Shown here: piece by piece, positions 22,537-31,785 of the stretch | Position numbering within the stretch: position 1 is the stretch's first letter | How the letters are laid out: each line of letters starts with the position of its first letter | DNA from: an uncultured Pseudomonadota bacterium | GTDB lineage: Bacteria; Oederibacteriota; Muellerivitia; Muellerivitales; Muellerivitaceae | Length of the DNA stretch: 64,000 nucleotides | NCBI GenBank assembly: GCA_963843375.1 | Contig: CAWJKT010000014.1 | Location: forward strand, 32,001-96,000 | Reading direction: 5' to 3' | Notes under the pieces: model-generated | The model's input: the letters and a program-made list of their open reading frames with translations, nothing else | Databases searched by the model: none | What the model was told of the DNA's origin: nothing | Made by a program: the position numbers and the translations under genes

Positions 22537-23610
22537 ATGAAAATGCTTATTACCGGGGGTGCGGGCTTTATCGGCTCCAACTTCGTCCGGCTCGCCTTGA
22601 AACAAGGGCACCAAGCGGTCGTGCTCGACTTGCTGACCTATGCGGGCCATGAATCCACCCTGGACGACGTTAAAAAATCTCCTTCCTTTACCTTCATTAA
22701 AGGTGACGTGGCGGACCGGGAAAAGGTACGCGACGTTTTTGAAAAGCATAAACCTAGCGCGGTGGTCCATTTTGCCGCGGAATCCCATGTGGACCGATCC
22801 ATTGACGACCCCGGGAGTTTCTTGAGAACCAACGTGATGGGAACCTTCGAGTTAATGGATGCGGCCCGGCGCCAGTCCGGTTTGCCCGAAGGTTTCCGCT
22901 TCATCCTGGTTTCTACGGACGAGGTTTATGGAGCCCTGGGCGCAACCGGGGCTTTCACTGAGAGCAGCCCCTTCTCACCCAATTCACCCTATTCCGCCAG
23001 CAAGGCCGGCGCCGATCTTTTGGCCCGGGCCTACCATGAGACCTTCCAATTTCCCGTCATCATCACGAACTGTTCCAATAATTATGGTCCCTACCAGTTC
23101 CCGGAAAAACTGATTCCTCTCATGCTTTTGAACGCATTGGAAGCCAAGGATCTGCCGGTTTATGGCGATGGGGGGCAAATTCGGGACTGGCTTTACGTGG
23201 AAGACCACTGTGAAGCTATTCTGCGGGTCTTGGACAAAGGCAAGACTGGCCTGAAGTACTTGATTGGCGGAAGGTCGGAAATGACCAACTTGAACCTGTT
23301 GGACGCTTTGTTGTCCATCCTGGAGGAACTGCGGCCCGCCGCCCAAAACGCGGCGATGAAGGCCCGGGGTCTTTCCCGATACGCAGATTTGAAGAAATTC
23401 GTGGCGGACCGTCCTGGACATGACCGCCGTTACGCCATCGATCCTTCCTTTACCGAAAAAGAGACGGGCTGGCGACCCCGCTTTTCCTTCAGGGATGGGT
23501 TACGGGCCACCGTAGAATGGTATCTTTCCAACCGGGATTGGTGCGAGAGGGTTCAAGTGAACAACTACGATCGGGGCCGGTTGGGCCTCAAACAAGGAGC
23601 GGGTAAATGA
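22537..23610 (+). CDS. rfbB: dTDP-glucose 4,6-dehydratase
   Basis: GGAGFIG, AAESHVDRSI, STDEVYG, YSASK and DRPGHDRRYA. Confidence 0.97.
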   Translation: MKMLITGGAGFIGSNFVRLALKQGHQAVVLDLLTYAGHESTLDDVKKSPSFTFIKGDVADREKVRDVFEKHKPSAVVHFAAESHVDRSIDDPGSFLRTNVMGTFELMDAARRQSGLPEGFRFILVSTDEVYGALGATGAFTESSPFSPNSPYSASKAGADLLARAYHETFQFPVIITNCSNNYGPYQFPEKLIPLMLLNALEAKDLPVYGDGGQIRDWLYVEDHCEAILRVLDKGKTGLKYLIGGRSEMTNLNLLDALLSILEELRPAAQNAAMKARGLSRYADLKKFVADRPGHDRRYAIDPSFTEKETGWRPRFSFRDGLRATVEWYLSNRDWCERVQVNNYDRGRLGLKQGAGK

Positions 23611-24479
23611 GGGGAATCCTTCTGGCGGGCGGTGCGGGGACGAGGCTTTATCCCATGACCCGGGTGATGTCCAAGCAGTTGATGCCGCTTTACGATAAGC
23701 CGATGGTTTATTACCCCTTGACCACACTTCTCTGGACGGGTGTCAAAGAAATTCTCATTATTACCACCTCCGAAGACCAAGCTTCCTTTAAACGTCTGCT
23801 GGGGAATGGAGCCTGGCTGGGAGTTCGTTTTCACTATGCCGTCCAACCGGAGCCGAAAGGGATCGCCCAGGCGCTTTTGATCGGCCGTGAATTCCTGGCG
23901 GGTGACTCCTGTGCGCTTGCCCTGGGAGACAACGTTTTTTACGGGCATGGTCTTCCGGAATCCCTGAAGGAAGCTTCAGCTCAAACCGTGGGCGCGACCG
24001 TTTTCGGCTATTGGGTCCGGGATCCCGAGCGTTATGGCGTCTTGGAATTTGCCCATGATGGGACCGTGAAAGACATCCTGGAAAAACCTGCCAAGGCCCC
24101 CTCACCCTGGGCCGTTACGGGCCTTTATCTTTACGACTCCACAGCGCCGGAAAGGGCAGCGCGGCAGAAACCTTCCCCTCGAGGGGAATTGGAAATCACT
24201 GATCTCAACCGGGATTACCTGAAAGATGGCAAGCTCAATGTGGTCAAACTGGGCCGTGGAACGGCTTGGCTGGATTCGGGAACTCCCGAAGCTTTATTGA
24301 AGGCGGGCATATTTCTCCAAGCCATTGAGGAACGGCAGGGATTGAAGGTCTGCTGTCCTGAGGAAGTTGCTTTCGGTCTGGGTTTGATCGGCAAAGCGGA
24401 AATCCTGGATCAAATCAAGACATTGGGTTCGAGCCCTTACGCCCTTTACCTCAAGGAACTCTTAGAGAGGGAACCGTGA
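23607..24479 (+). CDS. rfbA: Glucose-1-phosphate thymidylyltransferase
   Basis: GILLAGGAGTRLYP, SKQLMPLYDKPM and RGELEITD. Confidence 0.97.
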   Translation: MRGILLAGGAGTRLYPMTRVMSKQLMPLYDKPMVYYPLTTLLWTGVKEILIITTSEDQASFKRLLGNGAWLGVRFHYAVQPEPKGIAQALLIGREFLAGDSCALALGDNVFYGHGLPESLKEASAQTVGATVFGYWVRDPERYGVLEFAHDGTVKDILEKPAKAPSPWAVTGLYLYDSTAPERAARQKPSPRGELEITDLNRDYLKDGKLNVVKLGRGTAWLDSGTPEALLKAGIFLQAIEERQGLKVCCPEEVAFGLGLIGKAEILDQIKTLGSSPYALYLKELLEREP

Positions 24480-25030
24480 GTTTACTTGTCGAAACAACGC
24501 CACTAGAGGGGCTTTTGGTCATCAGCCCCAAGAGATTCCCGGATGCCCGGGGTTATCTGGCGGAAACTTACCACGTGGAAAAATACCGGGAGGCGGGTAT
24601 TGGTTCCAACTTTGTCCAAGACAACCAATCCTTCTCTAACCAGGGGGTATTGAGGGGGCTGCATGCCCAGGTTAAAAAACCCCAAGCCAAATTGGTGCGG
24701 GCCCTTATGGGCGAAATCTTCGACGTAGCCGTGGATGCCAGGCCCGGGTCACCCACTTATGGAAAATGGCACGGAGATTATCTTTCGGGCGAGAACCTGA
24801 GGCAGTTGTTCATCCCGGAGGGCTTTCTCCATGGTTTTTGCGTGATCTCGGAAACCGCCTTGGTGCATTACAAATGCTCTAAACTCTACGACCCTACGGA
24901 CCCTTTCGGGGTTAAGTGGGACGACCCGGATTTGGCGATTGAGTGGCCGGTCAAGGCGCCCATCGTTTCTGATAAAGATATTCAAAACATGAGTTGGGCC
25001 GAGGCCCGGCGTGTTTTGGAATCTTCCTAG
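24476..25030 (+). CDS. rfbC: dTDP-4-dehydrorhamnose 3,5-epimerase
   Basis: DARG, FVQDNQS, GVLRGLH, DVAVD and HGF. Confidence 0.97.
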   Translation: MSLLVETTPLEGLLVISPKRFPDARGYLAETYHVEKYREAGIGSNFVQDNQSFSNQGVLRGLHAQVKKPQAKLVRALMGEIFDVAVDARPGSPTYGKWHGDYLSGENLRQLFIPEGFLHGFCVISETALVHYKCSKLYDPTDPFGVKWDDPDLAIEWPVKAPIVSDKDIQNMSWAEARRVLESS

Positions 25031-25049
25031 ATTTCAAGGGATAAGGACC

Positions 25050-25904
25050 ATGAGGATCGCGGTCATCGGCGCCGGAGGAATGCTAGGTTCCCGGATGACA
25101 GCTTTGTTAATGGATTCGGGCCACCAGGTTTTAACTCCCGGCAGAAGTCAACTAGATGTCACCGATTCCGCCAGCCTGGAGAAATTTTTTAAGAACGAGA
25201 CTTTTGACGGAATCGTCAATGGCTCGGCTTTTACGGCGGTGGATGCCTGCGAGGATCCTGCCCAATATCCGTTGGCTTTCAAGGTCAATGCTTTGGCAGT
25301 GGGTGAAATGGCCAAGCTCTCCCGCGAAAAGAAGAGTTGGCTGGTGCATGTTTCCACTGATTACGTTTTCAATGGAAGCGGGGAAAAACCTTGGCGGGAA
25401 TATGACTCGATCCAGCCCCTGAACGCTTATGGCAAGACCAAAGCCGAGGGTGAAAAATTGTTCTTGGAGCAGGGCTGCCCCGGCTGGATTGTCCGCACCA
25501 GTTGGCTTTACGGTCCCCAAGGTAAACATTTCGTGCGAACCATGGCCAAACTGATGCGGGAAAAAACTATGGTTGAGGTGGTGGAGGATCAAATCGGGGG
25601 ACCCACATACACGGTTGATTTGGCTTACTTCCTCCTCGATTTGATTGAAGGGAAACCCGCCATGGGTCTCTATCATTTTGCCAACGAGGATTATGTTTCC
25701 TGGTTTGGATTCGCGGACGCGATCCGGGAGAAATTGGGTCTTTCTTGCGAGATCAAACCCATTCCCTCCAGCCGCTTTCCCCGGCCCGCCAAAAGGCCCT
25801 TTAATTCGCGGTTCGATCTTTCCAAATCCCGAGCCGTGGCCCGTCATCCTTTCCGCCATTGGCGGGAAGCCTTAGGGGATTACTTGACCACTGAGCCCCT
25901 GTAA
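25050..25904 (+). CDS. rfbD: dTDP-4-dehydrorhamnose reductase
   Basis: GAGGMLG, STDYVF, YGKTK and DQIGGPT; start at the ATG after an AGGA RBS. Confidence 0.95.
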   Translation: MRIAVIGAGGMLGSRMTALLMDSGHQVLTPGRSQLDVTDSASLEKFFKNETFDGIVNGSAFTAVDACEDPAQYPLAFKVNALAVGEMAKLSREKKSWLVHVSTDYVFNGSGEKPWREYDSIQPLNAYGKTKAEGEKLFLEQGCPGWIVRTSWLYGPQGKHFVRTMAKLMREKTMVEVVEDQIGGPTYTVDLAYFLLDLIEGKPAMGLYHFANEDYVSWFGFADAIREKLGLSCEIKPIPSSRFPRPAKRPFNSRFDLSKSRAVARHPFRHWREALGDYLTTEPL

Positions 25905-25974
25905 TTCAAAGTCCTTGGATTTCAATAACTCTTCTCGAGGCTAAAGAATTCAATCTTTAGTTGAATCCGTTGGA

Positions 25975-27048
25975 TTGGGGAATTATTCTAAAACAACCTT
26001 GTATAAACTCTTAAAACCTATCCTATTCTCCCTGGAACCCGAGGCCGCCCATCATTTGGCTTTGGGCGCCCTCCAGCTTTCCCGACCTTTTCTTCCCCTC
26101 TTATCTTCCTTGCTTAAGACTCAGGATTCTCGGCTGGTCAAAACACTTTTCGGCTTGAAGTTTCCAAATCCAGTGGGTTTGGCGGCGGGCTTGGATAAGA
26201 AGGGCGAACTTGTGGATGTTTGGGAAAAAGTAGGGTTCGGTTTTGCCGAATTGGGGACTTTTACCGCCAAACCCCAGCCGGGAAATGAGGGGCCCCGGGT
26301 TTTCCGCTATCCCGCCCAAAAAGCCCTGATTAACCGCATGGGGTTTCCCAATCCGGGCGCGCAAGCCGCAGCCCAGGCTTTGAAAGCGGTGAAGGAAAGC
26401 GGGCGGTGGCCTTCCAGTCCGGTGGGGATTAATATCGGCAAGAGCAAAATGACTCCCCTGGAGGGGGCTGTGGAGGATTATTTGGAGTCCTTGGAGTGGC
26501 TCATGCCTTTTGCGGATTATGTGGCGGTCAATGTCAGTTCTCCCAACACTCCCGGTTTGCGAAAGCTTCAGGAAGCCAAGCCCTTGAAGATGCTTTTGTC
26601 CGCCCTGGTGAAGAAATCCGTTAAAAAACCCGTCCTCTTAAAACTCGCTCCTGATTTGGAAGAAAAACCTTTGCGGCAAGCCACGGATACGGCCTTGTCG
26701 GCGGGTTGCGCCGGGTTAATCGCCACTAACACCACACTGTCACGGGAAGGATTGCCCCCTGGGGAATATCCTGAAGGTGGAATGTCGGGAGAACTTTTAA
26801 AAACGAAGTCGACTGGTGTTTTAAAGATGCTCTCCCGTTTTACCAAGGGAAGGGTGCCCCTGGTCGCTGTTGGAGGGATTTTTACCGCAGAAGATGTCCG
26901 GGAAAAATGGGAAGCCGGCGCGAGCCTGGTGCAGGTTTACACGGGGTATATTTATGAGGGACCAAGATTTCCGTCAAGGTTATGCAAAGAACTATTGAAA
27001 AGCCCTTTGCCTCAGCGGCAAGGAGATTCCAAAAGGGATGATAAGTGA
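25975..27048 (+). CDS. pyrD: Quinone-dependent dihydroorotate dehydrogenase (class 2)
   Basis: [37 protein letters not shown] and GGMSG. Confidence 0.95.
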   Translation: MGNYSKTTLYKLLKPILFSLEPEAAHHLALGALQLSRPFLPLLSSLLKTQDSRLVKTLFGLKFPNPVGLAAGLDKKGELVDVWEKVGFGFAELGTFTAKPQPGNEGPRVFRYPAQKALINRMGFPNPGAQAAAQALKAVKESGRWPSSPVGINIGKSKMTPLEGAVEDYLESLEWLMPFADYVAVNVSSPNTPGLRKLQEAKPLKMLLSALVKKSVKKPVLLKLAPDLEEKPLRQATDTALSAGCAGLIATNTTLSREGLPPGEYPEGGMSGELLKTKSTGVLKMLSRFTKGRVPLVAVGGIFTAEDVREKWEAGASLVQVYTGYIYEGPRFPSRLCKELLKSPLPQRQGDSKRDDK

Positions 27049-27548
27049 TGGTGAGCATCAGGAATGGGTTCGCTTTTTTTTGTTTCGGCGCATGGGTGGC
27101 AGCTTTTATCGGCGGATGCGTACCGATCCGGCAAATTCTTCCTTCGCCCCATATGGAAGACCATCACGCCGGAAGCACCTCGACGGCGGTATTTGAAAAT
27201 CCAGATGACTTTAAAAACCTGGGCAATGATGCTTGGAAAAACGAGATGGAGGGAATTGCTTCCTGGTATGGTCAGGATTTTAATGGCCGTTTGACCGCGA
27301 ACGGTGAAATCTATGACATGTACAAATTCACCGCGGCCCATAAGACCCTTCCCCTCGGAACGGTGGTAAAGGTAACCAATCAGGATAATGGAAAGTCCGT
27401 TGAGGTGAGAATTAACGACCGAGGTCCTTACGTAAAGGGGCGCATTATTGACTTGTCTCGTACGGCAGGCCGGGCGATCGGTATGAGGGAAACCGGAACG
27501 GCCCGGGTGAAATTAGAAGTGGTCCATTGGCCCGACGGCAGCCATTAA
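27045..27548 (+). CDS. rlpA: RlpA-family lytic transglycosylase lipoprotein (DPBB domain only)
   Basis: Lipobox [31 protein letters not shown] and IDLS. Confidence 0.9.
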   Translation: MMVSIRNGFAFFCFGAWVAAFIGGCVPIRQILPSPHMEDHHAGSTSTAVFENPDDFKNLGNDAWKNEMEGIASWYGQDFNGRLTANGEIYDMYKFTAAHKTLPLGTVVKVTNQDNGKSVEVRINDRGPYVKGRIIDLSRTAGRAIGMRETGTARVKLEVVHWPDGSH

Positions 27549-27905
27549 TAACCGCCCTTTAATCGTTGATTTTTTCCATTTTTCGTTTTTTTAACTCGTA
27601 CTCGACTTCCATAAGGCAGGGTTTGCAGAAATACCAGCCATCCCTGTTGAAAATACTTTTTTCCAATACTCCTTTGAGTTTACAAAAATCGCATTCATGA
27701 AAAATGGATTCGACGGTTGCTGAAAACATTTTGGCCTCCGTTATTTTGCTGGAGATAATTTAATCCGCCGTGATTAAATATCTGTAACGGTTGATGGAAC
27801 CTTTCGTTACAATGGGTTTCTAGCCGGTCACTGAAGTTCCTTTAGGCCCGAAACCAGACAGAGTTGTTGCAAAAAAACGATTCATCGAACGCGGAACGGA
27901 AAAAA

Positions 27906-28727
27906 ATGATTTTGTTTTCCGAAAAACTAAAAAAAGCGATTCAACGCACCCATGGATGTCTCTGCGTGGGATTGGACGTGGACCCGGCCAAGATGCCCAA
28001 GAACCTTCAACATGATGGCGAAGGGGCTTTGAAGTTTTGCCGTTCCATCATCGACGCCACCCGGGACTTGGCGGTGGCTTATAAGCCTAACATGGCTTTT
28101 TTCGAATCATTGGGAGTTCAGGGCTTCGAAGTACTGGAACTATTGCGGCAGTCCATTCCCCATGACGTTCTTTTTGTGACGGACGCCAAAAGAGGGGATA
28201 TTGGCAATACTTCCCATGCCTATGCGAAGGCTTTTTATGGGCTTCTTCAGTCGGATGGTCTTACCCTTTCCCCTTATATGGGAAAGGATTCCATCGATCC
28301 TTTCCTGGAATTTCCCGGAACTTGTTCTTTTGTCCTGTGTCTTACCTCCAATCCTTCCGCGGCCGATTTCCAATTACAAACCCTGCAAAGCGGGGAAAAA
28401 CTTTACGAGAAAGTGGCCAAATCGGTTATGGGATGGGCCGAGGGAAAGAAGGGGGAAATCGGGCTGGTGGTTGGAGCGACCCAAACCCAGCACTTAAAAG
28501 ACCTGCGCCAAATAGCCCCCATGACAACCTTCCTGGTACCGGGGGTAGGATCACAGGGCGGCGATCTCCAGGGTGTTTTGAAAGAGGGGAGAAACAAGGA
28601 AGGGTTCGGATTACTGGTGAATGTATCCCGTCAAATCCTGTATGCTTCCAGCGAGAATGATTTTGCCGAAGCCGCACGGGAACAGGCCCTCAAGTTGGTC
28701 GCCGAGATGAAGCCTTATTTCAGTTGA
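27906..28727 (+). CDS. pyrF: Orotidine-5'-phosphate decarboxylase
   Basis: LCVGLD, YKPN, DAKRGDIGNT, GLVVGAT and PGVGSQGG. Confidence 0.95.
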   Translation: MILFSEKLKKAIQRTHGCLCVGLDVDPAKMPKNLQHDGEGALKFCRSIIDATRDLAVAYKPNMAFFESLGVQGFEVLELLRQSIPHDVLFVTDAKRGDIGNTSHAYAKAFYGLLQSDGLTLSPYMGKDSIDPFLEFPGTCSFVLCLTSNPSAADFQLQTLQSGEKLYEKVAKSVMGWAEGKKGEIGLVVGATQTQHLKDLRQIAPMTTFLVPGVGSQGGDLQGVLKEGRNKEGFGLLVNVSRQILYASSENDFAEAAREQALKLVAEMKPYFS

Positions 28728-28778
28728 TAGCCGTCATTTAATTGATTTTCGCCAAGCACTAACCCCTGAGGGAGTTCC

Positions 28779-29360
28779 ATGACCAACGAAGAAGTACTCA
28801 AGATTTATGAGGAAACGGGAGCCCTTTTAAAGGGGCATTTCCGCTTGTCCTCCGGGCGCCATAGCGACCGCTATCTCCAATCCGCCCTGGTACTCCAATA
28901 TCCCTGGCAGGCGGAGAAACTTTGCCAGGCCCTGGCGGATAAAGTAAAGGTTTTGAATCCCCAAGCGATTCTCTCGCCCGCCATGGGGGGGCTTTTTGTG
29001 GGTCACGAACTGGCCCGGGCCCTGAAGGTCCGGTCCATCTTTACCGAACGCAACAAGGAAACGGATGCCATGGAACTGCGGCGCGGATTTACGGTTGCAA
29101 AAGGGGAGCGGATTTTCGCCGTGGAGGATATCATCACTACCGGAAAGTCCGTCAGGGAATCCTACCAGGTGGTCCGGGCTCTGGGGGCCGAAGTGGTGGG
29201 AGTGGGATGTCTGATCGACCGCAGCGGCGGGGAAAATGTGTTTGATGTTCCCGTGAAATCCCTAACCTCCCTGAAAGTCGAAAGTTGGGAAGAGAAGGAT
29301 TGCCCGATGTGCAAACAGGGATTACCGGTGGTGAAACCGGGGTCCCGGGCTAAGTTTTGA
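28779..29360 (+). CDS. pyrE: Orotate phosphoribosyltransferase
   Basis: GHFRLSSGRHS, VEDIITTG (PRPP site) and KPGSR. Confidence 0.95.
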   Translation: MTNEEVLKIYEETGALLKGHFRLSSGRHSDRYLQSALVLQYPWQAEKLCQALADKVKVLNPQAILSPAMGGLFVGHELARALKVRSIFTERNKETDAMELRRGFTVAKGERIFAVEDIITTGKSVRESYQVVRALGAEVVGVGCLIDRSGGENVFDVPVKSLTSLKVESWEEKDCPMCKQGLPVVKPGSRAKF

Positions 29361-29367
29361 GGTGATC

Positions 29368-29646
29368 ATGGCCGATAAAAACCGTAAAACATCCTTCCCG
29401 GCCCCGGCCGAAATCTCACTGACCAAATTCCAGGAATATTTTTATGTGAACCTGCTCTTTTGGGGGTTTCTGGCGGTCCTGGCGGTAATCAGTTTTTTCG
29501 TTTGTGGTGCTGTTTGGGACGATGTCACCTCCGGGGTCATGGAATTTATTTTTGTCATCCTGGGCGGCGGATTCACTTTGGTTTCAGCGATGAATTATAT
29601 CTACGAAAAATATTACGGCCAAACCCCGGGGGAAACGAAGAAATGA
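29368..29646 (+). CDS. Small two-TM hypothetical membrane protein
   Basis: Follows pyrE directly; two hydrophobic helices; stop overlaps the next start. Confidence 0.6.
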   Translation: MADKNRKTSFPAPAEISLTKFQEYFYVNLLFWGFLAVLAVISFFVCGAVWDDVTSGVMEFIFVILGGGFTLVSAMNYIYEKYYGQTPGETKK

Positions 29647-30653
29647 AAAAATTGGCGCGGAATTTTTTATCTCTTTTATTGGCCTCTCTCCTGATTTTGA
29701 GTCCTCGAATGATCCAAATGGCCTTGGCCCAGGACGATACCGATGCCGCTCCGGCCGAGGAAGTCCAGACGCTGCAGCGGCTGGCTCAAAAGGGTTATCT
29801 GGGGGATAAAAAGGATTTTTACCTGTCGGCTAAAGGACTCACGGAGGACGATGTCACGGACGCGCTCTTGAAAATAAACGACCAGTTGTCGCTGGTGGAT
29901 ATAAAAAGCCTTCAGCCGGGGGACAAAAACTACCAAGTGGACGACCTGAAGGCCCTTTTGACGCTGGTCAAGGATAAAACGGAGGATATCCGTGATCGGA
30001 AAATTTCCGAGTGGAAATTCCAAAGACGAGTGGAAAGGATGATCGCCGCTCTTACCCCGGTTTCCCCCAACGCGACACCCGCCATGACCGCCGCCCCCTC
30101 GTCCCCGCCCACCGAAGAGCCTAAACCGACTCCCACGGTCACCCCGATTCCGGGCCCTAGTCGCGAGGAATGGAACCAGATGAAGGGGGATCTGAAAGAC
30201 CTGGCGAAAAAAACCTCCGACCTTCAGGATGTGTATGACAAGCAAATCCAGACCCTCCAGAAAAACGAGGATGACATCGCTAAAAGCAGCGGGGAACTCA
30301 AGACCACGGACGCCGACCTTCAGGAGCAATTAAAGCTGGTTAAAAACCTTTTGGACCATGTCCAGGGAGACTTGAGCAAAACCACCGACCGCCTGGATCA
30401 AGTGGCGCATAAAGCCGATGAAAAGACCATTACCGACATTGAACTGGAACAGGAGTTGACCATTTTGCATAAGGACTTGAGGGATAATTCGCAGGATGTG
30501 ACGATTCTGAAAGAGGAAGTGGCGAAGCTGGACAAGGCAAGCGCGGAAGAGAGCCAAAACCCTCTCGACCAGTTCTTAAGTTCCAAATGGCTGGGGGGCA
30601 GCGCGCTGGTTGTGGGCTTGACCGCATTGATCGTTTCATTGACTCGAAAATAA
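29643..30653 (+). CDS. Secreted coiled-coil protein with an SLH-like N-terminus, Pro/Thr linker and C-terminal membrane anchor
   Basis: Signal peptide MKKLARNF...ALA, PTPTVTP linker, long heptad region and hydrophobic C-terminus ending RK. Confidence 0.7.
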   Translation: MKKLARNFLSLLLASLLILSPRMIQMALAQDDTDAAPAEEVQTLQRLAQKGYLGDKKDFYLSAKGLTEDDVTDALLKINDQLSLVDIKSLQPGDKNYQVDDLKALLTLVKDKTEDIRDRKISEWKFQRRVERMIAALTPVSPNATPAMTAAPSSPPTEEPKPTPTVTPIPGPSREEWNQMKGDLKDLAKKTSDLQDVYDKQIQTLQKNEDDIAKSSGELKTTDADLQEQLKLVKNLLDHVQGDLSKTTDRLDQVAHKADEKTITDIELEQELTILHKDLRDNSQDVTILKEEVAKLDKASAEESQNPLDQFLSSKWLGGSALVVGLTALIVSLTRK

Positions 30654-30666
30654 GAGGGAGGGTTTT

Positions 30667-31326
30667 ATGTTTATTGGTCATTATGCCGTGGGATTGGCCG
30701 CGAAAAAATGGGCTCCAAAGGCGCCTTTGGGAACTTTGGTGGCCGCCGCCATTTGGATCGACCTCGTTTGGCCCTTGTTTCTTTTGCTGGATTTGGAACA
30801 TTTCCGGATCACTCAGGGAATCACCCAAATGGTCCCCTTTGATTTTTATGATTATCCCTTGAGCCATAGTTTGTATATGGTGCTGGCTTGGTCGGCCTTT
30901 CTCGGATTGGCTTATCTTATCTCTGAGAAGGACTCCCGGGGATCCTGGGTCATTGCCGGTTTGGTCCTGAGCCATTGGTTTTTGGATTTAATTGTCCACC
31001 GGCAGGATCTTCCATTGTGGCCAACAGATGCCAGCACTGTCCAAAAGTACGGGTTCGCCCTTTGGAATCATCCCTGGGCGGCCATCCCCCTGGAAGCGAT
31101 CCTTTTCGCCGCAGGTCTTTGGCTTTACCAGAAATCAACAAAGGCCTTGGATGAAATTGGAAACACCGGTTTTTGGATTTTTGCGGCTGTTTTAGCGATC
31201 CTTTTTTTGGTGAATCTCAAATTGGTTCCGTCCCCCAATCCTTACGTTGTGTCCCTCATGGGCTTTAGCCAGCTTATATTCGTGGCTTGGGCTTATTGGA
31301 TCGATGATCATCGGAAAACCCTTTAG
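30667..31326 (+). CDS. Membrane-bound metal-dependent hydrolase (YdjM-like)
   Basis: MFIGH, DL, SHSL and SHWFLDLIVH motifs. Confidence 0.75.
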   Translation: MFIGHYAVGLAAKKWAPKAPLGTLVAAAIWIDLVWPLFLLLDLEHFRITQGITQMVPFDFYDYPLSHSLYMVLAWSAFLGLAYLISEKDSRGSWVIAGLVLSHWFLDLIVHRQDLPLWPTDASTVQKYGFALWNHPWAAIPLEAILFAAGLWLYQKSTKALDEIGNTGFWIFAAVLAILFLVNLKLVPSPNPYVVSLMGFSQLIFVAWAYWIDDHRKTL

Positions 31327-31494
31327 CTTTTTTGATTTGGAGGGGGCATTTTTGACCGGTGGGAGTGGAAAATGGGCGTTATTGCCACCTCCTTAATTGT
31401 TGAAAAACCGCATAAAAATGAAAAAAATCTAACGCTTGTCACTTGAAAGCGATTAGTTTGTTTCACTAAAATTCAAGAAAACAAGGCTTTTTCA

Positions 31495-31509
31495 TGGCAT
31501 GGGAAATGC
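31495..31509 (+). promoter_or_regulatory. Putative sigma-54 -24/-12 promoter
   Basis: TGGCATGGGAAATGC fits GG-N10-GC, about 40 nt upstream of the small lipoprotein ORF. Confidence 0.5.
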
Positions 31510-31547
31510 CACTATCATTGACAATGAATTTTTGATGGGGAAGAACC

Positions 31548-31724
31548 TTGAAGAAGCTGATCGCTTATTTAACACTCACAATCTTGTTGGGGCTGCCCTT
31601 GGCCTGCCAGAACCGGGCTTTTAACGCGCCGGTCAGTCCTATCGTTGCGCCTACTCCCACACCTACTCCTGTCTTGAGTTATGAAAGCACCGTCACCGTT
31701 CCTTCGCCAACCCCAACTCCCTGA
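31548..31724 (+). CDS. 58-aa Pro/Thr-rich lipoprotein (absent from the ORF track)
   Basis: TTG start after GGGGA; MKKLIAYLTLTILLGLPLAC-QNRAFNAPVSPIVAPTPTPTPVLSYESTVTVPSPTPTP*. Confidence 0.7.
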   Translation: MKKLIAYLTLTILLGLPLACQNRAFNAPVSPIVAPTPTPTPVLSYESTVTVPSPTPTP

Positions 31725-31785
31725 TCAATTCCTCTTTTGGTCTTCTCTTCGTTGAAAGTGGCTTAAAATCATTTAAAATCAACTA

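Noticed and set aside
27690..27870. GGATTCGACGG resembling the tmRNA 5' end, and CTGAAG...GAAAC resembling a hammerhead core, upstream of pyrF
   Set aside because: No GGGG acceptor start or tRNA-like 3' end; the hammerhead core is not CUGANGA and its stems do not form. No PyrR attenuator is recognisable either.
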